Assembly (NCBI GenBank): GCA_052279835.1
Contig: CP181291.1
Coordinates: forward strand, 2,208,001 to 2,272,000
Direction of reading: 5' to 3'
From: Microcoleus sp.
GTDB lineage: Bacteria; Cyanobacteriota; Cyanobacteriia; Cyanobacteriales; Microcoleaceae
Length of the DNA stretch: 64,000 nt
Both the position numbers and the translations under genes were made by a program. Positions 29,691 to 38,637 of this stretch are shown here, piece after piece. Each line of letters starts with the position of its first letter. Position 1 is the first letter of the stretch. Under the pieces are notes generated by a model, which was not told the origin of the DNA, made no database searches, and worked only from the letters and a program-made list of their open reading frames with translations.

Positions 29691-31040
29691 TCAACTCGCA
29701 GATTGCATCAATTCATAAAGCCTCCTTACCAAAGCTTTAATTTTCGTGCCATATTGTAAATCCGCTGTCCAACGCCCACCGAGTCGATCGACTTCTGGAG
29801 CAATTCCCCGCGTCACAAAACGAAATCGGGGATCTACGAGTTCCTGAACCAAAGGTTCAATACTGGCGTAAGCTTTTAAATGTTGAATGTGAGCCCTAAC
29901 ACCGATGCGGGCGCTAGCGAAAGATGCACTTTCACTATCTCCCCCAACCGTAGCCAAACCTCCAAAATTGTTTTGAGTCGGTCTAATATTGTCACTAAAA
30001 CGCAAAAAATTAGTTTCTAAACACATTTGACAAAAAGCAATATCGTAGTTGACTCCTTCCACCCTCGCTTCTTCGCGATAAAGCTTTGCTATGTCAGGAA
30101 AAACCGTTAAAGCGCTGGGATTATTGGCTCTGAGAAACATCATTAACTGCACTTCAGTGGTGATTCCAGCACCCATAATTTTGCCAACTTGAGCAGGAGG
30201 CTGGATATTCGATCGCAAAACCACAGTCCGATTAGCATTATCCCAAGTAACTAATACTTGAAAATCCCGCAGTTCGATCGCCTGAACGTAGACAATATTC
30301 TTGTAATTAACGCGGCGAAGTCGGGCAATATTAGATAAATCAATGCCCAATCTATCCACTAGATCGATGGGAATATAAGCATTGCCATTAATTAAAACCC
30401 CCTGTTCTTCATAAATCCCACCATTGAGATTGATATTAATCGATCGATAAGTAATGGGGCTAGGAGTTGGAGGTTCCGCACGAGGGCGAATCCAAGTTTC
30501 CAATCCGTCAGCAATTCCCATCGCCATCTCTCCCCGCCGATTTTGAATCAAAAGGCGATCGTCCGGGTTCGTCAGAAAGCCCAGTTCCATTAACATCGAA
30601 GGAATAGAAACCCAGCGACAAAAAATCAGCCGTCCCAAACCCGTAGCCGTATCCGGTGTTGCGCCACGGTTAGGTAACTGCGGGAACCTCCGCAGCAAGG
30701 ACATAATCAGCATTTCCGCATCAGCTTTCCGCTGGTTGTTGGCGGCAATATAAAAAATACCGGCCCCGCGCACCGAGGGGTTAGAAGCGCCACTAGCTTG
30801 AATTTCCAAAGCCACATCGCCAATCCGAGACCGGGAGTTAATCCAGTCAATCGTTTGCACTTGACTGAGTTCATCCGGGACAGCCAGCACTTCCACAGCG
30901 CGCGATCGCAATTGGCCAACCACCAAGTCCCGAAGCAGGATCATTTCCCTGGCTTCAGTAGTTCCACCGGCTACTGTTCCGGGGTCTCTCGTCCCGTTTT
31001 CAAAGCCACCGTGACCCGCGGATAGAAAAATTCTCGCCAT
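29691..31040 (-). CDS. tftA: N-acetylmuramoyl-L-alanine amidase plus glucosaminidase-like domain protein (TftA-like)
   Basis: N-terminal Amidase_3 (SAGHGG...DPG...TEA...MELGFLTNPDD) and C-terminal GH73-like domain (FCQMCLETNFL, NNFGGL, AHIQHLKAYA). The architecture matches Nostoc TftA as I recall it. Confidence 0.65.
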   Translation of the reverse strand: MARIFLSAGHGGFENGTRDPGTVAGGTTEAREMILLRDLVVGQLRSRAVEVLAVPDELSQVQTIDWINSRSRIGDVALEIQASGASNPSVRGAGIFYIAANNQRKADAEMLIMSLLRRFPQLPNRGATPDTATGLGRLIFCRWVSIPSMLMELGFLTNPDDRLLIQNRRGEMAMGIADGLETWIRPRAEPPTPSPITYRSININLNGGIYEEQGVLINGNAYIPIDLVDRLGIDLSNIARLRRVNYKNIVYVQAIELRDFQVLVTWDNANRTVVLRSNIQPPAQVGKIMGAGITTEVQLMMFLRANNPSALTVFPDIAKLYREEARVEGVNYDIAFCQMCLETNFLRFSDNIRPTQNNFGGLATVGGDSESASFASARIGVRAHIQHLKAYASIEPLVQELVDPRFRFVTRGIAPEVDRLGGRWTADLQYGTKIKALVRRLYELMQSAS

Positions 31041-31058
31041 TTTTATTGTCTTTGAACA

Positions 31059-32351
31059 TTAACTTTTAGAGTTTAGAGGTTCGCCAAGCATTTTTTGATA
31101 AATTTCAACAATCTTTTCTGCCTTTTTATCCCAGGCAAATTCTTTGGCTTTTTCCATCGCCTTCGCGGACATACTTTCCCGCAGGCGATCGTCTTCAACC
31201 AACAGTTTAATTTTACTTGTCAACTCCTCGGTGAGATACTCCCTAGAATTTGGCTCTATCTTAAAACCAGTTTCTTCATTCACATATTCACCAATACCGC
31301 CATTATTGGCAACGATGCAGGGGAGCCCGCAAGCCATAGCTTCCATTACCACAGCTCCGCCAAACTCTCGGATAGAAGGAAAGCAAAAAATATCTGCTTT
31401 CTTGTAATAATCCAGAGTTTCTTGTTGATTCACCCATCCGGCAAAACTCACTATTTCCCCTAACTTAAGTTCCTGCACTCGGTTTTCCAAGTTATTTCTT
31501 TCCGGTCCGTCTCCCACTATTGTTAACCGGATTTTATTTTTAATTACAGGGTCTAATTTTCCAATCGATTCTATCACAATGTCGGCGCATTTGTAGGGGA
31601 CTAATCTGCCGACAAACAACAGATTTATCAAGCTAGCCTCTTTATTTTTGATATGGGTCGCATTTAAAAATTCATCGGAAATGCCATTTTCGTAGAACAA
31701 ATCAATTCTTTCATCAGGGATGGCAAATAAATCTTTGAGCATATTCAAAGTATAGGTTGAACCTGCTAAGATTTTGTCAGCTTTTTTGTAAGTTTCTACA
31801 TAACCTGGAATTAAGGCTCGACCGACTGCTCTCAAAAAGTTGAATTGAGCAAATTCTTGTTTTGCCGTTTCTTGAAAGCCTGGTGGGAAGGGAATGCCCC
31901 CATTCACAGGCCCTAGAATAAAAGGAGTCTGCTGACATACAGTGACTACTTTAAACGGATACCGTGGCATCATCGGGGTAATGGCATGAACTATGTCATA
32001 ATCGCCGTTCAAGATTTGTGTTTTAAATTTTTGATATACTTGCCGATTAAATTCTTCATAAATTGGGTAGCTCAAGGCATTATAAAGAGGCCAATTTACT
32101 CGCCCGTTGGCTGTCACTTTTGCTACTATCTTATAATATTGTTTGTTTAAATTTGATTCTTCTAGGTAGAAAACTTTTTCATATTCTGGGTGTTTTTCCA
32201 GAGCTGATTTATTTCTAATATGGGTGACGAGGGTGGCATCTACTAACTTGTTGATTTTGTGAAAAAAATTGTAGCCAACCAAAGGTACAGATGCCCATTC
32301 AGGATTGCATTGCTCTACTATTAGTAAAACTTTTAATTTTTGCTTGTTCAT
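31059..32351 (-). CDS. Glycosyltransferase family 4
   Basis: LFVGRLVPYK, PSIREFGGAVVMEAMACGLP. Confidence 0.9.
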   Translation of the reverse strand: MNKQKLKVLLIVEQCNPEWASVPLVGYNFFHKINKLVDATLVTHIRNKSALEKHPEYEKVFYLEESNLNKQYYKIVAKVTANGRVNWPLYNALSYPIYEEFNRQVYQKFKTQILNGDYDIVHAITPMMPRYPFKVVTVCQQTPFILGPVNGGIPFPPGFQETAKQEFAQFNFLRAVGRALIPGYVETYKKADKILAGSTYTLNMLKDLFAIPDERIDLFYENGISDEFLNATHIKNKEASLINLLFVGRLVPYKCADIVIESIGKLDPVIKNKIRLTIVGDGPERNNLENRVQELKLGEIVSFAGWVNQQETLDYYKKADIFCFPSIREFGGAVVMEAMACGLPCIVANNGGIGEYVNEETGFKIEPNSREYLTEELTSKIKLLVEDDRLRESMSAKAMEKAKEFAWDKKAEKIVEIYQKMLGEPLNSKS

Positions 32352-32396
32352 TTGTTTACTACCTCTGGTGGTGAATTAATTTTAGTGAGCTTGGTG

Positions 32397-33410
32397 CTAG
32401 CTGGCGGAATTAATGGAGTTGGTGGTTTTGTATTCGATCAACTTGCTCTGTTGACCCAGTAATCTGCGCTGGTGAAACTGGATTTGACCTTGTAGCTGGG
32501 GAAATTTGGCTAATACGCAAGACAAAGCGTAGATGGCTGCGTCTTTAGTGGTGATATTCCGATGCTTTACATAATAGTTATAGGTGCGATAGGTTGCTAA
32601 GGGATAGCCGCTCCATAGTAACAGGCTCCAACCTTTGCTCGGCAATGCCATTGCCAAGGCTAGCACTGGCAAGATGAATCCCCACACCCAGGTGCTGCGG
32701 GTTTCTTTTACCCAATGGCGCTCTGGTTCCCCGCCGTGCATCCAGGAACCTTCGGCGTAGGCGTAACCTGCTCTTTGGGCGCGCTTCCACCACTGAGTAA
32801 AACTGGTCATTTGCGCGTCGTGGAGGGTCATTTCGGCGTCTAAACGCAGGATTTTCCAATCTTTTTGGCGCAAACGCACGCAGAGTTCGGGTTCTTCGCC
32901 GGCGATGAGTGTGGGATTGAAACCGCCGACTTGTTGCAAGGCTGCGACGCGCATCATGGAGTCGCCGCCACAGGCTTTGGTTTCGCCGATGGGGGTATCC
33001 CATTCGATGTCGCAGAGTTGGTTGTAGATGGTGGCTGCGGGGTATCGTTCGCGTCTGCGCCCGCAGACTGCTGCTACGTCTGGTTTGGCTGTGAGTTCGT
33101 TGTAGGCTCGATCGATCCATCCCTCAACGACTTCGCAGTCGCCATCGACAAATTGGACAAATTCGATGTCTGGTGCTATTTCCAGCAGGCGGGTAAAGCC
33201 TTCATTTCTGGCGCGGGCTGCGGTAAAGGGTGTGGATAGGTCGAGTTCTACGGTATCGGCGCCGAGCGATCGGGCTAATTCTAGGCTACCGTCTGTGGAG
33301 CCGGAATCGACGTAGATGACGCGGGAAACTTTGTTTGTGGCCGAGACTAGGCATTGGCGGAGGCGCTGCCCTTCATTTCGTCCGATCGCCACTAATCCAA
33401 TTTTTTTCAA
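32397..33410 (-). CDS. Glycosyltransferase family 2
   Basis: IGRNEG, YVDSGSTDGS, FVDGD, AGEEPELC; TTG start. Confidence 0.9.
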   Translation of the reverse strand: MKKIGLVAIGRNEGQRLRQCLVSATNKVSRVIYVDSGSTDGSLELARSLGADTVELDLSTPFTAARARNEGFTRLLEIAPDIEFVQFVDGDCEVVEGWIDRAYNELTAKPDVAAVCGRRRERYPAATIYNQLCDIEWDTPIGETKACGGDSMMRVAALQQVGGFNPTLIAGEEPELCVRLRQKDWKILRLDAEMTLHDAQMTSFTQWWKRAQRAGYAYAEGSWMHGGEPERHWVKETRSTWVWGFILPVLALAMALPSKGWSLLLWSGYPLATYRTYNYYVKHRNITTKDAAIYALSCVLAKFPQLQGQIQFHQRRLLGQQSKLIEYKTTNSINSAS

Positions 33411-33543
33411 GTTTTTCCTGTTGAATGCAACTACTAAACTATTCCTGAGACATCTGTCATAATTCTTGGTGGAACAGGCACTCCTGGCTGTTCTTCACTG
33501 TCTTTTGAGGAGATGTCTGTTTCAGATCTTAATCAAAGTCGAG

Positions 33544-34098
33544 CTATTTTGATATTGTTTCTTCTACTTCTAGACAAGATTTTTCTGCTTTACTCGCTTT
33601 TTTTTCGATAATTTTTGCTGGTATTCCCACTGCGGTGGCACCGGGTGGCACATCACAGATCACCACAGCATTAGCACCAATCAAAGCATGATCGCCGATG
33701 GTTACGGAGCGAATTATTTTGGCTCCTGCACCGATATCGACATGGCCTCCTATTTTGACATCACCAACTATTGTCACCTGTTGCAGAATTAAACAGTTAG
33801 GGCCAATGGAAGCGCTGGGATGAATGACAATGCCATTAGGATGAGGCAGTACCAGTCCTCCTTCTATTTGGCAGTTTAAGGGGATGTCTGTTGCCGTTAC
33901 AACACTCCAAAAACGATGGTAGATGATATTCAAGCGACATAACAAATAGCCTAAAATCCCACCATATTGCTGCCATTTTTGATAATTACGGATAGATTTG
34001 AGCAGTTGACAATTGGGTTCCCACCACTTACCAGCTTGTTCGCGACTCCAGTCTGGTTCTGTAGCAGAAATGATTGGCTTAGTAAGTGAATCAACCAT
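33544..34098 (-). CDS. Serine-acetyltransferase-like hexapeptide acyltransferase
   Basis: LPHPNGIVIH, IGAGAKI, IGANAVV, GIPAK. Confidence 0.85.
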   Translation of the reverse strand: MVDSLTKPIISATEPDWSREQAGKWWEPNCQLLKSIRNYQKWQQYGGILGYLLCRLNIIYHRFWSVVTATDIPLNCQIEGGLVLPHPNGIVIHPSASIGPNCLILQQVTIVGDVKIGGHVDIGAGAKIIRSVTIGDHALIGANAVVICDVPPGATAVGIPAKIIEKKASKAEKSCLEVEETISK

Positions 34099-34184
34099 TG
34101 TTTGTCGAGTAGTTTGATGATGTATACAATTGTGTTTATTTGTGGAGTTTACATGAAAAGTAATCTCTAACTGCTGTAGGGAGA

Positions 34185-34823
34185 TTACTTGAATTGCAAC
34201 GCAGTGGGAGTTGATGTGTTGCGGTAGAAGTGCGACACTCGTAACTGTAAGAGTTCCTCTTCGATTTCTGGGTCGAAACAGCCTTCACGGTTGTTAATCA
34301 AATCCGCCCATGGCCAGCTTTGGGTTTCGGCTTGCAATTTTTTCACTAAGTCTGAGACGCGGCCGATCGGTCTGGCGGGGACACCGGCTACTATATCGCC
34401 CTCGGCAACATCTTTGGTGACGACGGCACCGGCGCCGACGATCGCATTTGGGCCGATGGTGACATTGCGAAGGACGATCGCCCTGTAGCCGATAAATACG
34501 TTGTCGCGGATATCTACCTTGCCTACGGCATCTAGTCTAACGTTGTAAGCCTGGTTGAGCATGGCGATGGAGCCGTCGTGGCCGATCACGGTACAAGAGG
34601 AGAAGTGGACGTTGTTGCCGATGCGGACGTAGGCTGGATCGGTAAACATGGTCTCCGGCAGGATGGTGCAATTTTCCCCGATCGCGTAGAAATTGCCGTG
34701 GCGACGGAGAAATTCGGCGTATTCTTGGGAACCGGGATTACAGAATCTAATGTAGAGGTTGGAAAATTTGCCGTAACGCATAGCCTGATGGCGAAGGAAT
34801 CTTTGGAGGATTGACTTAAGCAT
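34185..34823 (-). CDS. Hexapeptide-repeat acyltransferase
   Basis: IGNNVH, IRDNVFIG, VGAGAVVTKDV, GVPAR. Start MLKSIL (34823) overlaps the upstream stop. Confidence 0.85.
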   Translation of the reverse strand: MLKSILQRFLRHQAMRYGKFSNLYIRFCNPGSQEYAEFLRRHGNFYAIGENCTILPETMFTDPAYVRIGNNVHFSSCTVIGHDGSIAMLNQAYNVRLDAVGKVDIRDNVFIGYRAIVLRNVTIGPNAIVGAGAVVTKDVAEGDIVAGVPARPIGRVSDLVKKLQAETQSWPWADLINNREGCFDPEIEEELLQLRVSHFYRNTSTPTALQFK

Positions 34824-35400
34824 TTTCCTGTTTCTTTGTAGATTGAAGAATTTTGGCGGGGATACCAACAGCAGTTTGACCGGCCGGAATGTCGGATAAA
34901 ACTACTGCATTGGCACCGATATTTACGTCGTCTCCTAAGTTGACCTTGCCGAGAATTTTTGCACCTGCGCCGATGTTAACCCGATCGCCCAATTGAGGCG
35001 ATTCTAGTGGCTTGTCCAAATAGCGGTTCCCCAGGGTTACGCCTTGGCGGATAAAGCAGTCATCGCCGATCGTACAGTGTCCGTGGATGATAATCGCACT
35101 CTGATGTTCAATCACCACCCGGCGGCCAAGCTTCACGGTGTATGGCAAATCTATGCCGTAGGTGTTGCGGACTTTTCGGTAGAGCGATCGATACAGAATA
35201 CTCAAGGGAGCTCGCAGCAGCTTCGGTTCAACTTTCATTCTCCAGACACCGAAGCGTTGAACTGCTACCGCCCGAAACCCCGGTTTTGTCCAATCGCGAC
35301 CATGAGCAATCCAGTCTTCTTTAATTTGCTGCCACAGTCCGAGTGGGGGGTTTTCTACTTGATTTGCACTGCCAATTAAGTTTTGATCGTCAGTTACCAT
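34816..35400 (-). CDS. Serine-acetyltransferase-like hexapeptide acyltransferase
   Basis: IRQGVTLG, IGAGAKILG, IGANAVV, GIPAK. Confidence 0.85.
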   Translation of the reverse strand: MVTDDQNLIGSANQVENPPLGLWQQIKEDWIAHGRDWTKPGFRAVAVQRFGVWRMKVEPKLLRAPLSILYRSLYRKVRNTYGIDLPYTVKLGRRVVIEHQSAIIIHGHCTIGDDCFIRQGVTLGNRYLDKPLESPQLGDRVNIGAGAKILGKVNLGDDVNIGANAVVLSDIPAGQTAVGIPAKILQSTKKQENA

Positions 35401-35491
35401 AAGTTCTAATTCACACTTATTGCTTGTTTACCCTGTTCCTAGATGCCCCTGATAGTAATTTGTTTATTGGTTTTTTTGAGGGAGGTTTAAC

Positions 35492-35612
35492 GGGTGCATC
35501 TGAGTTTTTCAAATATATTCGTAGGGGCGAAGCATGACCGCTGTAAATCTCTGGCGCGAGCTAATAAATTGTCTGCGGTGATGCTTCGCCTATGCAAAAT
35601 CTGGATGCTCCC
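35492..35612. repeat. ~120-bp MITE/REPIN-like element, copy 1
   Basis: gggtgcatc...gatgctccc ends enclosing gtaggggcgaagcat...atgcttcgcc arms. Copy 2 at 46711-46830. Confidence 0.8.
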
Positions 35613-35722
35613 GGTTCAACCCGGTTTATTGAGATCTAGAATACCAATTTCTAGGGTACATCACACAATATTTTATTTGGATTAACCGGGTTTATTTGGG
35701 TTTGAATTATTTACCCACTCCT

Positions 35723-36733
35723 TTAAAAATTTTTGGATTTTTCAATCTTACCCCCCTTAAAAAATACACTATTCAATACAAAATCGCTGAGAAATTTGGG
35801 TGGATCGCCGTCGGGCTTGCGTTGAAGTACGCGACGCACCCTCCAGGTGGCAAAGCCCGAAGCCCAGGATACATCAGTTAACGCTGTGTAAACCAAGCCG
35901 TAGTTTTTGAGAAAGTACCTGCGTCGGGAATCAAACCAATAAGTAGGCAGTCGTTTCGCAGGCTTTTTGCTGTCAGTGACGCCTGAGCTTTGACCTACTA
36001 GGTGAACTACGCGACTTTGGGGTACATACCAGCAACTCCAGCCAGCTTTGTGAGCTTGCAGACAAAAGTCCATTTCTTCGCAGTACATGAAATAAGCTTC
36101 ATCCATCAAGCCAATTTTTTCAAATACTTCGCGACGGACGATCATGCTGGCTCCTGCTACCCAATCAGTTTGACAGATTTCTTCGGAAATCGGAGGCGCT
36201 ACGGCCCAGTTTTTCAAAAGCTTGGATAGGAAGCCTGTACGCCAACCAAAATCGAGTTCAGTCAACAGGCTGTGAAAGCGAAAAGCTGACTCCTGGGGGG
36301 TGCCGTCAGGGTCTTCTAAGCGACTGCCGGCGATTCCTGCTTCGGGATGAGTGTCCATGAAATCGAACAGGGCTTTGATGGCACCGGGACGAACTACAGT
36401 GTCTGGGTTCAGCAGCAGGATGTAAGGTGGGGGATTGGGAGATTTCAGAGCGGGACGGATCAGGGCGTTGTTGCCGAAGGCGAATCCGCCGTTGTAGTCT
36501 AGGGGTACGAAGGATGCCCATTCGCTCCAGCCGAATTCTGCGATCGCGCTGCTAATTTCTGCGACTGAGTTATCGCCAGAGGCGTTGTCTGCAACTGCAA
36601 CCCGCATACCGGGAAGGGATTCAACTTCGTTAACTAGAGAACGCAAGCAGTCTATGGTCAAAGCCGGAGTTCGGTAGTTAACGATGACCACAAGTAGGGG
36701 ATACGGATGATTGGGCGCAATGGCATTGGACAT
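35723..36733 (-). CDS. Glycosyltransferase family 2
   Basis: IVNYRT, DNASGD, GFAFGNN, LLNPD, YCEEMD. Confidence 0.9.
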   Translation of the reverse strand: MSNAIAPNHPYPLLVVIVNYRTPALTIDCLRSLVNEVESLPGMRVAVADNASGDNSVAEISSAIAEFGWSEWASFVPLDYNGGFAFGNNALIRPALKSPNPPPYILLLNPDTVVRPGAIKALFDFMDTHPEAGIAGSRLEDPDGTPQESAFRFHSLLTELDFGWRTGFLSKLLKNWAVAPPISEEICQTDWVAGASMIVRREVFEKIGLMDEAYFMYCEEMDFCLQAHKAGWSCWYVPQSRVVHLVGQSSGVTDSKKPAKRLPTYWFDSRRRYFLKNYGLVYTALTDVSWASGFATWRVRRVLQRKPDGDPPKFLSDFVLNSVFFKGGKIEKSKNF

Positions 36734-36820
36734 AATGGCGATCGTCTGTTTAATAATTTCTAGCTCAGTTTGTCTCTGTTTGGCAAGAGCAGGCGATCGA
36801 CATTTTATAAATACAAATGT

Positions 36821-37738
36821 TTAAAGTCGATACTGGCGATAAACCTGACTGGCCGCTCGGTGCAATAGCGAATGCCGATAAACTAATCCCTTCATGTCAT
36901 CGCAATAGCCACCACCAATCACACAGGCCACTGGATAGCCCCCCGCCAAGCAAGTAGATAAAACTTGCATTTCCCGGCGAAATAACCCCGTATCACTTAA
37001 AGCTAATTTTCCCAGTTTGTCCGCATGGTGAGGGTCTACTCCGGCATCGTATAAAACCAAATCTGGCTTGACATCTGACAGCAAATCTGGTAAATATTTA
37101 GCCAGTGTTTGCAAATATTCGTCGTCCTCCATACCGATCGGCAAAGCGACATCTAAATCGCCCTTTTGTTTGGTACCTGGAAAATTCACCTCACAGTGCA
37201 TCGAAAAAGTAAAAACACTGTCGTCATTTTGAAAAATAACAGCGGTTCCATCCCCTTGGTGTACATCTAAATCCACAATCAATACTTGACGAACTAAACC
37301 CATTTTTTGCAGGACACGAGAGGCGATCGCCAAATCGTTAAAAATACAAAAACCAGACCCATAATTAGGGAAAGCATGATGAGTTCCTCCCGCCGTATTA
37401 CAAGCTAAACCGCATTCTAAAGCAAGCTTGGCTGTCAGTACCGTTCCAGAGGAGGCGATACAAGTCCGATTGACAAGGGCTCGACTCCAAGGAAGACCAA
37501 TTCGGCGCTGAGCTTTGGCATCAAGGGTCCCGTTGCAGTAAGCTTGAATATAAAACTCATCGTGGACAAATTGAATCCATTCTGAAGGAGGAAGTTCCGG
37601 GGCGTGAAATTGATCGTGGGAGGCGACCCCATCCGCCACGAGCATTTCAGAAAGCAGCCGGAACTTGCCCATCGGGAAGCGATGACCGGGTGGCAGGGGT
37701 GCAACGTAATCTTCGTGGTAAATAATTGGTAAGTCCAT
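36821..37738 (-). CDS. Histone deacetylase family protein
   Basis: HRFPMGKF, GGTHHA, GFCIFND, DLDVHQGDGT, GGGY. Start MDLPII (37738). Confidence 0.92.
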   Translation of the reverse strand: MDLPIIYHEDYVAPLPPGHRFPMGKFRLLSEMLVADGVASHDQFHAPELPPSEWIQFVHDEFYIQAYCNGTLDAKAQRRIGLPWSRALVNRTCIASSGTVLTAKLALECGLACNTAGGTHHAFPNYGSGFCIFNDLAIASRVLQKMGLVRQVLIVDLDVHQGDGTAVIFQNDDSVFTFSMHCEVNFPGTKQKGDLDVALPIGMEDDEYLQTLAKYLPDLLSDVKPDLVLYDAGVDPHHADKLGKLALSDTGLFRREMQVLSTCLAGGYPVACVIGGGYCDDMKGLVYRHSLLHRAASQVYRQYRL

Positions 37739-37817
37739 TGAGAGTATTGTAGAAGAAATAAATCTCCAATTGAAAGTGCAAACTATCAAAAAAATAAATT
37801 CGCTGGAGAACCTGTAT

Positions 37818-38342
37818 ATGGAACTAAAAATAGTTTGGGAATTGGAAAGTAACAACCCCACAAATACTGACAATTTACATCATATCAGTCAGTGGTGGGC
37901 AAATCTCCATGGCAAAGCAATTACCTGGGTAGAGCGCATTATTCCCCTGGCCGGTGATATGAGTGAAATTCACTGGCATCCCCAGCGGTTTGACGAAAAT
38001 TTTATCATGGTCAATCCTGAAATTCGTGGGGATACTCTGTATTGGTACAAACCAGATTCTCCTGTCGAAAGGAATACCATAGTTCAGAAACTGGAACTAG
38101 ACAACCTGCAACAGCAACTTTACATTTACCCTCAGTTAGAATCGGAGATAGTAATTCGGATAGCAATTCCCGAAATTAAATATCAAACCCTTGAACTGAA
38201 AAATGTCGAATTTGCCCTAGGCGAAGATAATATTATGTTGCTATGGGATGTAGAACAAGAACTGGAAATCAAAATCGCTCTTACTGCCGAAAATATTCTG
38301 AAACTTCAGGAATTACTAGCAGATAAATACCAGAAAATTTAA
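37818..38342 (+). CDS. Hypothetical protein
   Basis: ATG at 37818 with GGAG upstream, divergent from the deacetylase gene. Confidence 0.65.
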   Translation: MELKIVWELESNNPTNTDNLHHISQWWANLHGKAITWVERIIPLAGDMSEIHWHPQRFDENFIMVNPEIRGDTLYWYKPDSPVERNTIVQKLELDNLQQQLYIYPQLESEIVIRIAIPEIKYQTLELKNVEFALGEDNIMLLWDVEQELEIKIALTAENILKLQELLADKYQKI

Positions 38343-38637
38343 ACAATTTTTTCACTCAGATGTTGCAGCCATATAAATCAAAGACTTGGGCGCGATGTAG
38401 TGACGGTTTTTTTGTCTTTCGGCATCATTTAAAGCTGTTGGTGAAACAGCTACGATGATTGAGAAGGCTGCTATAGCCTTTCTCATTCATGAGGTTCTCT
38501 CGGATATCGGCCATAGGTCATACCTCACTTTATTAAGAACTACTCTACATAAACTAAATTTTTATGTAATTAAATAAATTTTTTAAAGTATTACTTTGGT
38601 ACTCACAGTAGAGCATAAAAAGAGGGCGACAGAAAAG

